In this document: positions 9,482 through 18,241 of the stretch, piece after piece | How positions within the stretch are numbered: position 1 is the first letter of the stretch | How the letters are laid out: every line of letters begins with the position of its first letter | DNA from: Candidatus Eiseniibacteriota bacterium | GTDB taxonomy: Bacteria > ARS69 | DNA: 41,254 bases | NCBI GenBank assembly: GCA_052390515.1 | Contig: JBQTGV010000213.1 | Location: 1-41,254 of the forward strand | Direction of reading: 5' to 3' | The notes under the pieces: model-generated | The model's database searches: none | The model's input: only the letters and a program-made list of their open reading frames with translations | Told to the model about the DNA's origin: nothing | Program-made: the position numbers and the translations under genes

Positions 9482-10887
9482 GAGACCTCGGCCCCGACGG
9501 CCGCCTCCACCTCGTCGGGATCCACGGGAATGCCGGGTGTCAGGATCTCGGGCCCGGCGCCTGTGACGAGGGCGTCGTCCTCGATGCGAACGCCGCCGAA
9601 TCCGCGCCCGGCGTTCCCGCGGGTGAACGCGGCGGCCCGCTCGAAGTCCACGGCGTCGGCGAAGCGCTCGCGCAGGTCCGTGCGCGAGAGGATCGCGGGG
9701 ACGAAGTACACCCCGGGCTCCACGGTCACGACCATTCCCGGCTCGAGCACGCGATTCATGCGCAGCATGTCCGTGCCGAACTGCGCGGAGCGCACGGCAC
9801 CGGGGTAGAGAATGCGGTCGCCGAAGACGCGCAGATCGTGCGTGTCCAGCCCCAAGAAATGGCCGACGCCGTGCGGAAAGAAGACGGCTTGCGCGCCGCG
9901 GGCGACGAGGTCGGCCGGCCGGCCGCGGAGGAGGCGAAGGTCGATCAGCCCCTCGGCGATGGTCTCGGCGGCGCGGCGGTGCACGTCGGCCCAGCGAACG
10001 CCGGGGCGGACCGCATCGAGCGCGTCGTCGTGGGCGCGCCGGACGATCTCGTAGACCGCGCGCTGCTCGGAGGAGAAGGCGCCGGAAGCCGGCCACGTGC
10101 GCGTGACGTCGGCGCCGTAGCCGCTGGGGCGCTCCGCACCGGCGTCGACCAGCAGCAGATCGCCGTCACGGAGCACGTTGCCGTGCGCGTGGTTGTGCAG
10201 CACCTCGCCGCGGACGGAGAGGATCGTCTGGTACCCGCCGGCGCAGCCGTGGCGAAGGAACGTGCCGTCGACGGCGGCGGTGAGCTGCTGCTCGGAGATG
10301 CCGGGGCGCGTCTCGGCCATCGCGCGCAGGAACGCCTCGCGGGTGACTTCGCCCGCACGGCGGATCTCGGCGATCTCCGGCTCGGCCTTGTGCAATCGGA
10401 GCGCCGCCAGCGCGTCGACGAGCTCCGGCGGGGCGATGCGCTCCGGATCGGCCTGATCCAGATCGATCCCGGTGATGCGCCGCGCCGCTGCCGTCGTGTG
10501 CGGATCGGCTGTGCCGACGGAGAGAATCGGCCGCCCCCGGGCGAGCTTCGCCACCTGCTCGTCCAGCCGCCCGAGGCCGAGCACGGCGTCGGTGCCGGCC
10601 TCCGCCTGCACCTCGGTGAACGAGGGAACCGCCCCGTCCCAGAGAGCGCCGAGCTCGGTGCGCTCCGGCAGGAAGAGCGTGACGCTGCCGTCGTCGGAAT
10701 CGAAGAAGGCCGCGGACGACGGTTCCGGGTTCGCGAAAAAGAGCAGGAAGTTGCTGTCGGCGCGGAACGGGTACTCGCCGAACGGCGTGTTGCGCGCGCG
10801 CGGACCGCCGGCGAAGAGCAGCGCAGGGGACGGCAGGCGCGAGAGGAGCTGGCGACGCCGCTCCTGCAGGTGGGCGAGGGGAATCAT
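9472..10887 (-). CDS. pepP: Xaa-Pro aminopeptidase (aminopeptidase P, M24B)
   Basis: YPFRADSNF N-domain; metal and catalytic motifs LHNH, LVDAGAE..GYGADVTRTWP, FFPHGVGHFLGLDTHD, VTVEPGVYF, GGVRIEDD. Confidence 0.93.
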   Translation of the reverse strand: MIPLAHLQERRRQLLSRLPSPALLFAGGPRARNTPFGEYPFRADSNFLLFFANPEPSSAAFFDSDDGSVTLFLPERTELGALWDGAVPSFTEVQAEAGTDAVLGLGRLDEQVAKLARGRPILSVGTADPHTTAAARRITGIDLDQADPERIAPPELVDALAALRLHKAEPEIAEIRRAGEVTREAFLRAMAETRPGISEQQLTAAVDGTFLRHGCAGGYQTILSVRGEVLHNHAHGNVLRDGDLLLVDAGAERPSGYGADVTRTWPASGAFSSEQRAVYEIVRRAHDDALDAVRPGVRWADVHRRAAETIAEGLIDLRLLRGRPADLVARGAQAVFFPHGVGHFLGLDTHDLRVFGDRILYPGAVRSAQFGTDMLRMNRVLEPGMVVTVEPGVYFVPAILSRTDLRERFADAVDFERAAAFTRGNAGRGFGGVRIEDDALVTGAGPEILTPGIPVDPDEVEAAVGAEVSWP

Positions 10888-10956
10888 GGGGTCATTGTAT
10901 GGAACCTCCGGTCCGGCGGCCAGAGCGAGCCGGTTGCCGGCCCACGGACGGCTGGC

Positions 10957-11125
10957 TTATCGACGAATCACCATCTTCTCGCTGGACGTGCCAGCGCTGG
11001 AGCTCACCTGGTAGAAGTAGACGCCCGGAGCCAGGACGTGACCATCGTCGCCTCTGGCACGCAGGGAGACCCGCTGCAACCCGGAGCCCGCGAAGAGAGT
11101 CTTGGTCTGAACTCGGCGGCCACTG
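10957..11125 (-). pseudogene. Remnant of a FlgD-Ig C-terminal sorting domain
   Basis: Reads SGRRVQTKTLFAGSGLQRVSLRARGDDGHVLAPGVYFYQVSSSAGTSSEKMVIRR-stop, with no plausible upstream gene body and weak codon bias. Confidence 0.6.
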
Positions 11126-11149
11126 ATGATTCGCAAGGCCGGGTCATCA

Positions 11150-11310
11150 GCCTCGCTGGCCGGTCTGGAGGACAAGGACGAGTTCGGGAACGCAGTTGCC
11201 GCACTTCCGGACATGAACGGTGACGGTGTACCTGAGCTGGTGGTCGGCGCATACCGCGACGACGACGACGACGGCGGAACCAACCAGGGCGCGGTGTGGA
11301 CTCTATCTCC
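11150..11310 (+). pseudogene. Isolated FG-GAP (integrin-alpha beta-propeller) repeat remnant
   Basis: GLEDKDEFGNAVAALPDMNGDGVPELVVGAYRDDDDDGGTNQGAVWTL is a single FG-GAP repeat with a DxNGDG Ca-binding motif. It has no signal peptide, and the frame runs into the convergent gene. Confidence 0.6.
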
Positions 11311-11333
11311 GCTCGATTTCGTGCTGCCAGACG

Positions 11334-12653
11334 TCACAGTCCCGCAACGAACTCCTCCAGCACGCCCCGGAGATTCGGTTCCCCGATCTCCTGCAGGTCG
11401 TAGCGCACGCGCAGGCTCGGTTTGCGGATCTCGATCAGCCGCCGCAGATCGATCGGCGTAGCGATGAGTACCATGTCGGCCGGCACGCGCTCGATCGTCT
11501 CGCCCAGCTCCTTCACCTGCTTCGCCCCGTAGCCCATGGCCGGGAGCACCGGCCCGGTCGTCGGGTACTTGGCGAAGGTTTCGCGGATGGAACCGACCGC
11601 CCATTGCCGCGGATCGACGATCTCCGCGGCCCCGAAGCGCCGCGCCGCCACCCAGCCCGCTCCGTAGGCCATCTCGCCGTGGGTCAGCGTCGGGCCGTCC
11701 TCCACCACGAGCACGCGCTTCCCGCGGATGGCCGCGGGATCGTCCACGCGGATCGGGCTCGCCGCCTCGATGATGACCGCGTCGGGATTCAGCTCCTCGG
11801 CGATGCGCCGCGCGGTGCGGATCCCCTCGAAGTCCGCCGTGTCCACCTTGTTCACGACGATGACGTCGGCCATACGCACGTTCACCTCGCCCGGGAAGTA
11901 GTGCAGCGCGTGATTCGCGCGGTGCGGATCGACCACCGTCACGGTGAGGTCCGGCCGGTAGAACGCGTAGTCGTTGTTTCCGCCGTCCCACAGCACGACG
12001 TCGGCCTCCTGCTCCGCCTTGCGCAGGATCTTCTCGTAGTCCACGCCGGCGAACACGACGCGCCCGGCATCCAAGTGCGGCTCGTACTCCTCGCGCTCCT
12101 CGATGGTGACGTCGTGCGCGGCGAGATCGTCGTACGAGGCGAAGCGCTGCACGGCCTGCTTGGCGAGGTCCCCGTAGGGCATTGGGTGCCGCACGGCGAC
12201 GACGCGCTTCCCCAGCTCCTGCAGGATGGCCGCGACCCGCCGGCTCGTCTGGCTCTTGCCCGCCCCGGTGCGCGTCGCGCAGATGGCCACGACCGGCACG
12301 TTCGACCGGATCATCGTCCGGTTCGGCCCGAGCAGCAGGTAGTCCGCGCCGGCGGCGAGCACCTGGGAGCCGAGATGCATGACGGCCTCATGGGAGACGT
12401 CGCTGTAGCTGAAGACCACGACGTCGATGCGCCGCTCCCCGATCAACCGGACGAAGTCCGACTCGGCCTCGATCGGGATACCATTCGGGTAGCCCGCCCC
12501 GGCGAGCTCCGGTGGATAGCGCCGGCCCACGATGTTGGGGATCTGCGCGGCGGTGAACGCCACGACCTCGTAGTCAGGACTTCCGCGGAAACATGTATTG
12601 AAGTTGTGGAAGTCGCGCCCGGCGGCGCCGAGGATCAGGACGCGTTGCGGCAT
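11334..12653 (-). CDS. COG2403 P-loop protein (annotated as GTPase / cyclic 2,3-diphosphoglycerate synthetase-like; probable arginine synthetase ArcE family)
   Basis: N-terminal RVLILGAAGRDFHNFN...AFTAAQIP...YPPELAG..YPNGIPI; P-loop ATRTGAGKSQTSR; VRHPMPYGDL; TIEEREEYEPH; WDGGNND; VEDGPTLTHG; strong AGGAGGAGG RBS. Confidence 0.85.
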   Translation of the reverse strand: MPQRVLILGAAGRDFHNFNTCFRGSPDYEVVAFTAAQIPNIVGRRYPPELAGAGYPNGIPIEAESDFVRLIGERRIDVVVFSYSDVSHEAVMHLGSQVLAAGADYLLLGPNRTMIRSNVPVVAICATRTGAGKSQTSRRVAAILQELGKRVVAVRHPMPYGDLAKQAVQRFASYDDLAAHDVTIEEREEYEPHLDAGRVVFAGVDYEKILRKAEQEADVVLWDGGNNDYAFYRPDLTVTVVDPHRANHALHYFPGEVNVRMADVIVVNKVDTADFEGIRTARRIAEELNPDAVIIEAASPIRVDDPAAIRGKRVLVVEDGPTLTHGEMAYGAGWVAARRFGAAEIVDPRQWAVGSIRETFAKYPTTGPVLPAMGYGAKQVKELGETIERVPADMVLIATPIDLRRLIEIRKPSLRVRYDLQEIGEPNLRGVLEEFVAGL

Positions 12654-12723
12654 CGGCCTCCTCCTCACGAAGGCGAAACCAAGTTACCCTGCGCGTCCCC
12701 GAGAGGCGAGGGCCGCGCCTGGA

Positions 12724-12732
12724 TGGTAGAAT
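12724..12732 (+). promoter_or_regulatory. Putative extended -10 promoter (TGGTAGAAT) of the efflux operon
   Basis: TGn-TAGAAT lies upstream of AGGAGG and the GTG at 12756. Confidence 0.45.
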
Positions 12733-12755
12733 GCGGCCGCCAGGAGGGTCCGGCC

Positions 12756-14522
12756 GTGGAACTTCCCGACAATCCGGGCGTGATCGCTCCCCCGCCGCTC
12801 CTCTTCCTCGGCGCCGTCGTGGGCGGCGTGGCGCTCGACGCGTTCGCGCCCTTGCCCCACCTGTCGCCGGTGGCGCGCTGGTCCGGCGTCGTGCTGGTGG
12901 CCGGCGCGCTGGCGCTCGCCGCCTTGGCCTTCCGCGAGTTTCGCCGCGCCGGCACGTCCTTCGAGACGCGACGGGCGACGACGGCCGTCATCACGACCGG
13001 TCCGTACGCCCGCACGCGGAATCCGCTCTACGTCGCGCTCACGCTGCTCACCGCCGGGCTCGGTCTGCTGCTCGACCTCCCGTGGACGCTCCCGCTCCTC
13101 GTTCCCGTCCTCTGGGTCCTGCACCGCGGCGTGATCCTTCGCGAGGAGCGCTACCTCGACCGCAAGTTCGGCGAGGCGTACGCGAGCTACCGCGCGCGTG
13201 TCCCGCGCTGGTTCGTGACCGTCCTCCTGCTCGCGGCGGCGGGCGCGGAAGCGCGGGCGATGTCCCTTCCCGAAGCGACGAGCCGGGCGCTGCAGCACTT
13301 CCCGGAGGTGGCCGCCGCGCGGGCGCGCCGCGACGTCGCCCGCGAGGAGCTCGGCGAAGCGAAGGCGCCATGGTTCCCCTCGCTCGAGCTGCAGGCTTCC
13401 GGGGTCCGTTACCAGGAGCCGATGCCGGTCACCCCGATCCACGGTCTGAGTCCCGGGAACATCCCCGCGTTCGACGACGTCCTGCTGCAGGGCTCGCTCG
13501 CGGCGGAGTGGCTGCTGTTCGACGGCGGCGGGCGCGGCGCGCGCATCGACCAGCGTCGCTTCCTGCTTCGGGCCTCCGACGCGGACGCGGCCGAGCGCGA
13601 GCAGTCGGTGATCCGGCGTACCGTCGCGGGGTATCTCGACGTGCTGGGGACCGCGCGCACGCTGGCGGCGCACGACCGGCTGCTCGCCGCGCTCGAGTCC
13701 GAGGAGCGGCGCGTCGTCCAGCTGCACGACGTGGGTCGCGCGGCGGAGGTGGAGCTGCTCCGCGTCCGTGCGAAGCTCGCCGCGGCGCGCGCGGAGCGGG
13801 TCCAGCTCGCAGTGGCGCTGGACGTGGCGGAGCGGGATCTCGCGCGGCTCACCGGCGCCGGTGTCGACTCGACGCGCGCGGGCCGGCTGACGGCGGTGGC
13901 GCTGGCGGACACGGCGCTCCGGCCCCGCGAGGCGCTGCTGGAGAGCGCGCTGGCCGCGAACTCGCGCGTGCGCGGGGCCGAGCGGCGCGCCGAGGCCGCC
14001 GCCTCCGCTCACGACGCGAGCCGCGCCAAGCGCTGGCCGACGCTTCGCCTCGTCGGGAACTGGCTGAGCTACGGGGACTCCGACGCGGAGATGGAGAGCG
14101 AATGGAACGCGGGCGTGAAGCTCTCGCTCCCGATCTTCGCGGGCGGCGCCATCTCCAGTCGTATCGGTCAGTCGCAGTTCGCGCGGGCGGCGGCGGAAGC
14201 GGAGCTGCGCACGGCGCGCCTCGTCCTCGAGCAGGAGCTGGACACGGCGCTCGCCGCAGTTGAGGAGGCGCGGGCGCTGGCAGGGAGCCTCGCGCTCGCG
14301 GTCGCGCAGTTCGCGGAGGTGGCGCGCATCGAGAAGATGCTGCTGGAGTCCGAGGCGGGAACGCAGACGGATTATCTCGAGGCGGAGGCGGAGCTCCTCT
14401 CCGCCGAGGCGAAGCTTGTCGACGCGCGTCACGCGGAGATCGGCGCGCGCGTCGAACTGGCTCGAGTCACCGGAGAGCTCGACCTTGCTTGGGTCGGCGG
14501 GACGCTGGAGGAGCAGCCATGA
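12756..14522 (+). CDS. In-frame fusion: isoprenylcysteine carboxyl methyltransferase (ICMT/STE14) domain + TolC-family outer-membrane efflux protein
   Basis: GTG with AGGAGG RBS. ICMT motifs PPPLLF, TTGPYARTRNPLY and REERYLDRKFGEAYASYRARVPRWF continue without a stop into VTVLLLAAAGAEARA and TolC motifs (WFPSLEL, WLLFDGG, LSLPIFAGG, ELARVTG). Confidence 0.85.
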   Translation: MELPDNPGVIAPPPLLFLGAVVGGVALDAFAPLPHLSPVARWSGVVLVAGALALAALAFREFRRAGTSFETRRATTAVITTGPYARTRNPLYVALTLLTAGLGLLLDLPWTLPLLVPVLWVLHRGVILREERYLDRKFGEAYASYRARVPRWFVTVLLLAAAGAEARAMSLPEATSRALQHFPEVAAARARRDVAREELGEAKAPWFPSLELQASGVRYQEPMPVTPIHGLSPGNIPAFDDVLLQGSLAAEWLLFDGGGRGARIDQRRFLLRASDADAAEREQSVIRRTVAGYLDVLGTARTLAAHDRLLAALESEERRVVQLHDVGRAAEVELLRVRAKLAAARAERVQLAVALDVAERDLARLTGAGVDSTRAGRLTAVALADTALRPREALLESALAANSRVRGAERRAEAAASAHDASRAKRWPTLRLVGNWLSYGDSDAEMESEWNAGVKLSLPIFAGGAISSRIGQSQFARAAAEAELRTARLVLEQELDTALAAVEEARALAGSLALAVAQFAEVARIEKMLLESEAGTQTDYLEAEAELLSAEAKLVDARHAEIGARVELARVTGELDLAWVGGTLEEQP

Positions 14523-15496
14523 GATTACGGAGGGTAGGCCGGGCGGCACTCGCTGTGCTGCTCGCCGGTTGCGGGGACGGCGATCCGAACGCGCTCGTCG
14601 CGTCGGGAACCGTGGAGGCGACCGACGCGCAGCTCGGGTTCCAGGCGAGCGGCCGCATCGTCGAGATCGGCGTGCGCGAAGGGGACGCGGTGAAGGCCGG
14701 CGCGCTCCTCGCGAGCTTGGACCGCGCCGAAGCCGAGGCGCGCCGGAACCAGAGCGACGCGTCGCTCGCAGCGGCGAAGGCCCGGCACTCCGAGCTCGAG
14801 CGCGGCTACCGGTCCGAGGAGATCGCCCGGGCGAGGGCCGGTCTCGACGCGGCGCGCGAGCGTCTCGCCGAGGCGGAGCGGGAGCTGGCCCGGTCGCAGA
14901 CGCTGTTCGACGGTGGCGCAGTCAGCCGGGAGGCGCACGAGCAAGCCACGCTCGCCCGCGATGTCGCCCGCAGCGAGCACTCCCAGGCGGAGGAGCACCT
15001 GCGCCAGATGGAGCGCGGCCACCGCCGGGAGCAGGTCGACGCCGCGCGGGCGCAGGTGGCCGAGGCCGAGGCGCACCTGGCCGCGGCGGAGGCGGCGCTC
15101 CGCAACATGACCATCGAGGCGCCCTTCGACGGCGTCGTGACGGTCCGCCACCGCGAGCCCGGCGAGGTGGTCGCCGCCGGGGCTCCCGTCCTCACCGTGA
15201 TGAACCCGGACGACCGCTGGGTGCGGATCTACGTCCGCGAGGACCGCACGGGTGCCGTCGCGCTCGGGGCGAAGGCCACGATCAAGAGCGACACGTTCCC
15301 CGACAAGGCGTATGAGGGCGCCGTCACCTTCGTCGCGTCCGAGGCGGAGTTCACGCCCAAGAACGTGCAGACCACCGAGGAGCGGGTGAAGCTGGTGTAC
15401 GCCGTCAAGGTGAGCGTGCGCGGGGACCCGGCGCAGGAGCTCAAGCCGGGAATGCCCGCCGACGTCGAGCTGCAGCTGGCCGAGGCCGCACCGTGA
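14519..15496 (+). CDS. HlyD-family membrane fusion protein (YbhG-like), lipoprotein
   Basis: ATGA overlap with the tolC stop; lipobox LLAGC; SGTVEAT, EGDAVKAG, IEAPFDGVV, AEFTPKNVQTTEERVKLVY, LKPGMPAD. Confidence 0.93.
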   Translation: MRLRRVGRAALAVLLAGCGDGDPNALVASGTVEATDAQLGFQASGRIVEIGVREGDAVKAGALLASLDRAEAEARRNQSDASLAAAKARHSELERGYRSEEIARARAGLDAARERLAEAERELARSQTLFDGGAVSREAHEQATLARDVARSEHSQAEEHLRQMERGHRREQVDAARAQVAEAEAHLAAAEAALRNMTIEAPFDGVVTVRHREPGEVVAAGAPVLTVMNPDDRWVRIYVREDRTGAVALGAKATIKSDTFPDKAYEGAVTFVASEAEFTPKNVQTTEERVKLVYAVKVSVRGDPAQELKPGMPADVELQLAEAAP

Positions 15497-16200
15497 TCCG
15501 GGTCGAGAACCTCGGACGGCGCTTCGGCACGGTCGTCGCGGTGGACTCGCTCTCCTTCGAGGTGCGCGAGGGCGAGCTCTTCGGGCTCGTCGGACCGGAC
15601 GGCGCCGGGAAGACCACCACGCAGCGAATGCTCGCCGGCGTGCTTCGCCCGACGCAAGGCGACGCCGTGATCGACGGAACGAGCGTCGTCCGCGATCCGG
15701 AGCGCGGCAAGCATCACGTCGCCTACATGTCGCAGCGGTTCGGCCTCTACGCCGACCTCACCGTGATGGAAAACCTCCGCTTCTACGCGGATCTCTACCG
15801 GGTCCCGGGCGCGGAGCGTGACGCGCGGCTGGAGCGCCTCTTCGAGTTCTCCGGGCTGGGCCCCTTCCGCGACCGGCTCGCCGGGAAGCTCTCCGGCGGC
15901 ATGAAGCAGAAGCTCGGGCTCTCCTGCGCGCTGATCCACCGGCCGAAGCTCCTGCTGCTCGACGAGCCGACCTTCGGGGTGGATCCGGTCTCGCGGCGGG
16001 AGCTCTGGATCATCGTGCACGAGATGGTCGCGGAGGGAGTGACCGCGCTGGTCAGCACCTCGTATCTGGACGAGGCCGAGCGCTTCGACCGCCTGGCCAT
16101 GCTGGACCGCGGCCGCATCATCGCCCTGGACGCGCCGCAGGCGTTCCAGCCCTCGCTGGAGGACGCTTTCATCGCCCGGATGGCGGGCGCGCCGCAGTGA
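15493..16200 (+). CDS. ABC transporter ATP-binding subunit (YbhF N-half-like)
   Basis: Walker A GPDGAGKTT, LSGGMKQKL, LLLDEPTFGVDPVSRRE. Confidence 0.95.
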   Translation: MIRVENLGRRFGTVVAVDSLSFEVREGELFGLVGPDGAGKTTTQRMLAGVLRPTQGDAVIDGTSVVRDPERGKHHVAYMSQRFGLYADLTVMENLRFYADLYRVPGAERDARLERLFEFSGLGPFRDRLAGKLSGGMKQKLGLSCALIHRPKLLLLDEPTFGVDPVSRRELWIIVHEMVAEGVTALVSTSYLDEAERFDRLAMLDRGRIIALDAPQAFQPSLEDAFIARMAGAPQ

Positions 16201-17123
16201 TTTCCGCGGAGGGCTTGACCCGCGTCTTCGGGAAGTTCGTCGCCGTGGACCACGTCTCGTTCGAGGTCGGCCAGGGCGAGGTGTTCGGCTTCCTCGGACC
16301 GAACGGCGCCGGCAAGACGACGGCGATCAAGATGCTCGCCGGCCTTCTCCTGCCGAGCTCCGGACGCGCCACGGTGGCCGGACACGACGTGCTGACCGAG
16401 ACCGAGGCGATCAAGAAGAGCATCGGCTACATGTCTCAGCTCTTCTCCCTGTACGGCGATCTCACGGTGGAGGAGAACATCGCGTTCTTCGCCGGGATCT
16501 ACGGTGACCGGCACGTGCGGGGCGCGGCGCGCCGCGAGTGGGCCGTGGAGATGGCGCGGCTCGACGACGCGCGCCGGCGGCTCGTCCGCGATCTCTCGCT
16601 GGGGTGGAAGCAGCGGCTGGCGCTGGGGTGCGCCGCGCTGCACGAGCCGCGGGTGCTCTTCCTGGACGAACCCACGTCGGGCGTGGATCCGGTGTCGCGG
16701 CGGAGCTTCTGGGACCTCATCCGCGCGATCTCCGCGGCCGGCACGACCGTGCTGGTGACGACGCACTACCTGGCCGAGGCGGAGTACTGCAACCGTCTGG
16801 CGCTCATGAACCGCGGCAAGCTCGCGGCGCTGGACACCCCGGCCGGCCTGAAGGCGAGCATGAAGGAGCCGCTGCTGGAGCTGCGCGTGGCCGACGCGCC
16901 GCGCGCGGTGAAGGCCCTCCGCGACGTTCCGGAGGTCGGCTCGGCCGGGCTCTTCGGGCGAGCCGTGCACCTCACCGTTCCGGATCCGGACAGCGCGGGG
17001 CCGGCCATCGCCGCGGCGCTCGGCCGCGTCGGCCTCTCCGGCGAGCTCGTGCCCATCACTCCCTCGCTGGAGGACGTCTTCGTGCACCTGGTGGAGCGCT
17101 CCGGCGGCGCGGCGGCGAGCTGA
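16197..17123 (+). CDS. ABC transporter ATP-binding subunit (YbhF C-half-like)
   Basis: GPNGAGKTT, LSLGWKQRLAL, FLDEPTSGVDP, TTHY. Confidence 0.95.
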   Translation: MISAEGLTRVFGKFVAVDHVSFEVGQGEVFGFLGPNGAGKTTAIKMLAGLLLPSSGRATVAGHDVLTETEAIKKSIGYMSQLFSLYGDLTVEENIAFFAGIYGDRHVRGAARREWAVEMARLDDARRRLVRDLSLGWKQRLALGCAALHEPRVLFLDEPTSGVDPVSRRSFWDLIRAISAAGTTVLVTTHYLAEAEYCNRLALMNRGKLAALDTPAGLKASMKEPLLELRVADAPRAVKALRDVPEVGSAGLFGRAVHLTVPDPDSAGPAIAAALGRVGLSGELVPITPSLEDVFVHLVERSGGAAAS

Positions 17124-17125
17124 TC

Positions 17126-18241
17126 GTGAACGGGACGCGGCTGCTGGCCGTCGCGCGCAAGGAGACGATTCAGCTCCGACGCGACCCGCGCAGCCTGGCG
17201 ATGGCCTTCGCCCTGCCGCTCGGGCTGCTGCTGATCTTCGGCTACGCGATCAGCTGGGACATCGAGGACGTGGCGACGGCCGTGCTGGACGAGGACCGGT
17301 CGGCGCGCAGCCGCGAGCTGCGGGAGGCGCTGGAGTCCAGCGGATACTTCCGCATCGTCGCCGAGCTGCAGCGCGCTGCCGAGATTGCCGAGACGCTGGA
17401 GCGCCGCGACGCGCAGGTGGTGCTGGTGATCCCGCCGGGATTCGCCAGCGCGCTGAGAGGGGCGGGCCGCGCCGAGCTCCAGGCCGTGGTGGACGGCAGC
17501 GACGCGAACACGGCCACGATCGTTCTGGAGTATGTCCGGGCAGTGGTGCAGTCCTGGGCGACGGACGTCGCGCTCCAAGGGAACACGCGGACGCCGCTCG
17601 TCACGACCGAGTCCCGTGTCTGGTACAACGAAGAGCTCAAGAGCCGCGACATGATCGTCCCGGGACTCGTGGCGGTGATCATGATGATCGTCGCGGCAAT
17701 GCTGACGTCGCTCACCATCGCGCGGGAGTGGGAGCGCGGCACCATGGAACAGCTCGCCGCCACGCCGGTGACGCGCGTCGAGGTGGTGGCCGGGAAGCTC
17801 GTCCCCTACGTGGCCATCGGGCTCGTCGACGTCGTCGTGAGCACCGTGACGGGCGTGCTGCTGTTCGACGTGCCCTTCCGCGGCAGCTTCGCCCTGCTCA
17901 TGCTGCTCTCGTTCTTCTTCCTGCTGGGCGCGCTGGGGCTCGGCGTCTTCATCTCCGCGGTGGCGCGGTCCCAGCTGCTGGCCACGCAGATGGCCATGGT
18001 GGCGACGTTCCTGCCCGCGTTCCTGCTCTCCGGATTCATGTTCGCCATCGAGGTGATGCCCAGGGCGCTGCAGATCGTCACGCTGCTCATCCCGGCGCGG
18101 TATTTCCTGGTCGTGACCCGCGGGATCTTCCTGAAGGGCGTCGGTCTGGAGACGCTCGCGGTCCAGGGCGCCCTCATGGTGGGGTTCGCGTTCGTGGGGC
18201 TCATGCTGGCCACTCGCGTGTTCCGCAAGGAGCTGGCATGA
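17126..18241 (+). CDS. ABC-2 type permease (YbhS-like)
   Basis: KETIQLRRDPRS, VDGSDANTA, VWYNEEL, IAREWERGTMEQL, LLSGFMF. Confidence 0.93.
   Translation: MNGTRLLAVARKETIQLRRDPRSLAMAFALPLGLLLIFGYAISWDIEDVATAVLDEDRSARSRELREALESSGYFRIVAELQRAAEIAETLERRDAQVVLVIPPGFASALRGAGRAELQAVVDGSDANTATIVLEYVRAVVQSWATDVALQGNTRTPLVTTESRVWYNEELKSRDMIVPGLVAVIMMIVAAMLTSLTIAREWERGTMEQLAATPVTRVEVVAGKLVPYVAIGLVDVVVSTVTGVLLFDVPFRGSFALLMLLSFFFLLGALGLGVFISAVARSQLLATQMAMVATFLPAFLLSGFMFAIEVMPRALQIVTLLIPARYFLVVTRGIFLKGVGLETLAVQGALMVGFAFVGLMLATRVFRKELA

Noticed and set aside
9482-10096. Extension of the transporter ORF to 10096
   Set aside because: Out-of-frame overlap with pepP; the family N-terminus (GVRPGE) begins just after GTG 9481.
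11220-12755. First 512 aa of the 1100-aa ORF 11220..14522
   Set aside because: Antisense shadow of the COG2403 gene; only 12756 onward has RBS, promoter and domains.
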